Source of the DNA: Nitrospirales bacterium
GTDB taxonomy: Bacteria; Nitrospirota; Nitrospiria; Nitrospirales; UBA8639
Direction: 5' to 3'
Length of the DNA stretch: 64,000 bases
Assembly: GCA_963555755.3 (NCBI GenBank)
Contig: OY820905.2
Coordinates: forward strand, 128,001-192,000
Numbering within the stretch: position 1 is the first letter of the stretch; the number at the start of each line of letters is the position of its first letter. The notes beneath the pieces are model-generated. The model was not told the DNA's origin, ran no database searches, and saw only the letters and a list, made by a program, of their open reading frames with translations. Both the position numbers and the translations under genes were made by a program. Shown here piece by piece: positions 61,260-64,000 of the stretch.

Positions 61260-61480
61260 GGGAATGTTGAAAAAGGGCGTCAGCGGCGTTCTCGGCCCTT
61301 TATCGTGCTCACGTACTATGAGTACGCTCCGCGCGCCAAAGCGCCTGCGGCCTTGCTGAGCGCACCCCCCGCCTCCGCGAGGGCATGCTTTTTGAACATC
61401 CCCTGTCGCTCTTGTAATTTCCTGAGATGTATCACCTATGAACCGTATTATGAGAATTTCTCTGGTTCTTCAACAGTCCC
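61260..61480. repeat. Family D, long form
   Basis: Core 61260-61403; tail ends ttcaacagtccc. Confidence 0.8.
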
Positions 61481-61513
61481 ATTAACTTTTTTAGATTTTA
61501 GAAGGAGTGTGTT

Positions 61514-62017
61514 ATGAGTGACGCGAGTCAACACAAAGCGACAATCACCGTTTCGTCACAAGGTGAAACGTGGGGAAAGATTGTCTTACAATTTTATCCG
61601 GAAGTTGCGCCAAATCATGTGAATAATTTTTGCAAATTGGCTCAGGATAAATTTTATGATGGCGCCACGTTTCATCGCGTCATTCCGGGGTTTATGATTC
61701 AAGGCGGCGATCCCAATAGCAAAAACCCCGATCGTTCAACGCATGGTTCGGGGGGGCCTGGTTACCACGTGAACGCCGAGTTTAACGATAAACTTCATAC
61801 GCGTGGAGTGCTGTCCATGGCCCGCGCACAAGACCCGAATAGCGCGGGATCGCAGTTCTTTATTTGTGTGGCCGATGCCGCGTTTTTAAATGGGCAATAC
61901 ACCGCGTTTGGGGAAGTGGAAAGTGGAATGGATGTTGTCGATCGTGTAGTTGGCGTCAAGCGAGATGGAAACGATAATCCACTTGACCGTATCGAAATGA
62001 AGGTGACAGTCAGCTAA
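61514..62017 (+). CDS. Cyclophilin-type PPIase
   Basis: FHRVIPGFMIQGGD, SMAR, GSQFFI. Confidence 0.95.
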   Translation: MSDASQHKATITVSSQGETWGKIVLQFYPEVAPNHVNNFCKLAQDKFYDGATFHRVIPGFMIQGGDPNSKNPDRSTHGSGGPGYHVNAEFNDKLHTRGVLSMARAQDPNSAGSQFFICVADAAFLNGQYTAFGEVESGMDVVDRVVGVKRDGNDNPLDRIEMKVTVS

Positions 62018-62411
62018 GTTGAGGTCTTGGGTGATGGTTGAAGCCGGGTCTGGGATATTCAATATTGGCGTTTGATCATGAGGCCATGTCTGCAACCGTT
62101 GAGAGCATGTTGAAAAAGTTTTCGACTATCACAATCTTTCTTTCTCGTTGAAAAAGTAGCTCTTCCTTTCAGAAAAAACTTCCGTACTCTTTTCTTTCTC
62201 TTATCCCGTTTCCGGGTTGGGGCTTGGTGTGTGATCAAGCGAAGCCAAATTTCAATAAGACGCCATAACGTCATTTCCTGAGAGGAAAACCGTACGCAGC
62301 ATGGCGGATTTACCCTAAGGGTTGATGGCTGTATTCTTCAATCATGTCAACAGAATAGAGATGCGTTGGTTACACCAAGTAAAATCGCGAGCAGCAAAGG
62401 AGAAAACCAAA

Positions 62412-62756
62412 ATGAGGCAAAGAAAAGTTTTGGTAGGTCTCATGATCGCGTGTTTTTTTCTTGTCGGAACGAGTTCGGCTATGGCGGCTTTGTGGGACCG
62501 ACATTGTCAAGTCGCGATCGAAGATTTGCAAAGATTGCAGCAAGAGATTGCGGTTAAAAAACAGGAAATTGATGCAGTGCGAGTGGTAAAAGCGATTCCT
62601 TCAAATTTCGTGTCTGGTCAATTGCAGGAGTCAATCGATACCTATAATGATGGGTCTCAAGCGGTGAATGAGCTGAAATTCCTTTTTCAGAATGTAGAAT
62701 TTGCCGTTGCTGAGTTTTCACGATCCTGCCTCAAGAGTCATAGGGTTTCCCAATGA
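62412..62756 (+). CDS. Exported hypothetical protein
   Basis: AAGGAG SD; signal peptide ending AMA. Confidence 0.65.
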   Translation: MRQRKVLVGLMIACFFLVGTSSAMAALWDRHCQVAIEDLQRLQQEIAVKKQEIDAVRVVKAIPSNFVSGQLQESIDTYNDGSQAVNELKFLFQNVEFAVAEFSRSCLKSHRVSQ

Positions 62757-62820
62757 CGGCAACAATCAAAAGATATTTTCACCCCATGATTCCTTCAATC
62801 ATGGAAATGAGGGTCAGGAA

Positions 62821-63063
62821 ATGAATCATCTCCGCGTTCATGCTATGGTCGAGGAAATGGTCAAGTCGATCCTGAATTCCCAGCACGGCTTTGTGCATGT
62901 GGGGAATGTATGGATGGAATGGGATGGGGAAAGGCTAACGTGGGACACCCCATTGTCTGAGTGGAATGTTAATGCGGTTTGGCAGTCGCTTATGCAACGT
63001 GCCACACAGCACCCTGATGTTGAACGTATTGCGAGTTGTGCCCATAACCTTGCAAATTTATAA
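62821..63063 (+). CDS. Small hypothetical protein
   Basis: ATG after GAGG...AGGA; 80 aa. Confidence 0.45.
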   Translation: MNHLRVHAMVEEMVKSILNSQHGFVHVGNVWMEWDGERLTWDTPLSEWNVNAVWQSLMQRATQHPDVERIASCAHNLANL

Positions 63064-63165
63064 GGAATGCGCCCAGACTGGTTAGGATACCAATGGCAAA
63101 AGACCAAATAGAGATGAGAAGATCGTAGATTCTTTGGCTATTTTTCAAATGTAAGAAGTGTATTC

Positions 63166-63330
63166 ATGGTAAATGGAACTCCAAATCCAATATGTGAACG
63201 GTGCCAGGGCACGCTGGCTTCTGATCAAGAAGTCGACTTGCTGACAGGCATGACCTTAGTGGTGTATCGTTGCATTAATTGCGGGCGACGAACCCGATTA
63301 GAAAAGGAACCCCAATATGTTAGTATATAA
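63166..63330 (+). CDS. 54-aa zinc-ribbon protein (not in ORF track)
   Basis: MVNGTPNPICERCQG...YRCINCGRR. Confidence 0.65.
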   Translation: MVNGTPNPICERCQGTLASDQEVDLLTGMTLVVYRCINCGRRTRLEKEPQYVSI

Positions 63331-64000
63331 CTCGTACAGCTCACATTGCCCTTGCCCTTGAGGGGAGATTTGCTGGTGCGCCAAGCTTATTCCTCCGAAG
63401 TGGCTACGAAGCCCGGGAGTGCTGAGGCGACGGTGTGGTGGAGGGGCTAGTTCTTAAAGGAATGGCGAAACGGCGTTCGGTGGCCGATAAACTTCTAAAG
63501 AATTCATGTTTTCTCACCGATAAATAGTAGTAGAGGCTCGCTGCCCTGTAAGCCTTGAGGCGGGGAGGAAGATGACTAGTAAACTCATCTTTGTTGTCGT
63601 GGTTGTGTGCATGGCTTTTGTCGTTGGAGTCCTTGCGTGCTTTGGTTGGATGCATGGCCACGCATGGTGGCGCCGCAGGGAACACTACGGCAACCCCTAA
63701 TCAGATCAGTGCTCTCCCCTCGTGTGATTCGATTATCCTATCCCTCTCACACTTGTCCCTTCTGAATATTCATCCATCGCATTCAAATGACCATCGAGTA
63801 TTCCTGCCGTTCGTCGGGAATATCCGTGATGCCCGTCAACAGACCACAGGGAATGCCCTAATCTTTCCCTTATTTGAGGGTTCTTTGCCTCGTCCTTCTG
63901 GTTTATCATTTTTGTGGCGAGATTTGCGAGGATGAGTTTCTGTGGGGGGCTTGAAGGGTGAGAGACTGTTTTGCACGGCCATTTTGAGGAAAATATTCAT

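Noticed and set aside
62105..62155. atgttgaaaaag as another family D copy
   Set aside because: Only ~12 bp match; no core and no right end
63404..63935. Overlapping ORFs at the window end
   Set aside because: No family motif or clear start; neither strand can be supported
1..64000. CRISPR array or cas genes
   Set aside because: No regularly spaced repeat-spacer array; repeats are dispersed palindromes

Overview
Bacterial chromosomal segment, most likely from a Nitrospirota (Nitrospirales-like) genome. This is inferred from gene content such as the short EF-Ts, the DUF507 pair and the repeat families, not from a search. The housekeeping backbone comprises a cobalamin uptake/salvage operon with two cobalamin riboswitches, rpsB-tsf-pyrH-frr-alr, a divergent ProA-like gene, Lhr helicase, a ChdC-like protein, trxA-recN, radA, tsaB-rimI, tatC, a cyclophilin and tRNA-CAT. 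c-di-GMP-related genes include HDOD, EAL-HDOD, an IS-broken HD-GYP gene and a c-di-GMP-I riboswitch upstream of a sigma-28. Mobile DNA includes IS1595, IS6, IS4, a complete group II intron and about 20 non-autonomous palindromic elements. Three observations stand out. (1) One ERIC-like structured core occurs inside several miniature elements with unrelated ends and different target duplications (6, 4 and 3 bp); these elements nest in one another and sit at stop codons and operon junctions. (2) The group II intron and the IS4 element occupy adjacent copies of the same 20-bp motif, and the intron EBS1 matches it. (3) The IS4 transposase appears to continue in the +1 frame across CCC-TGA.
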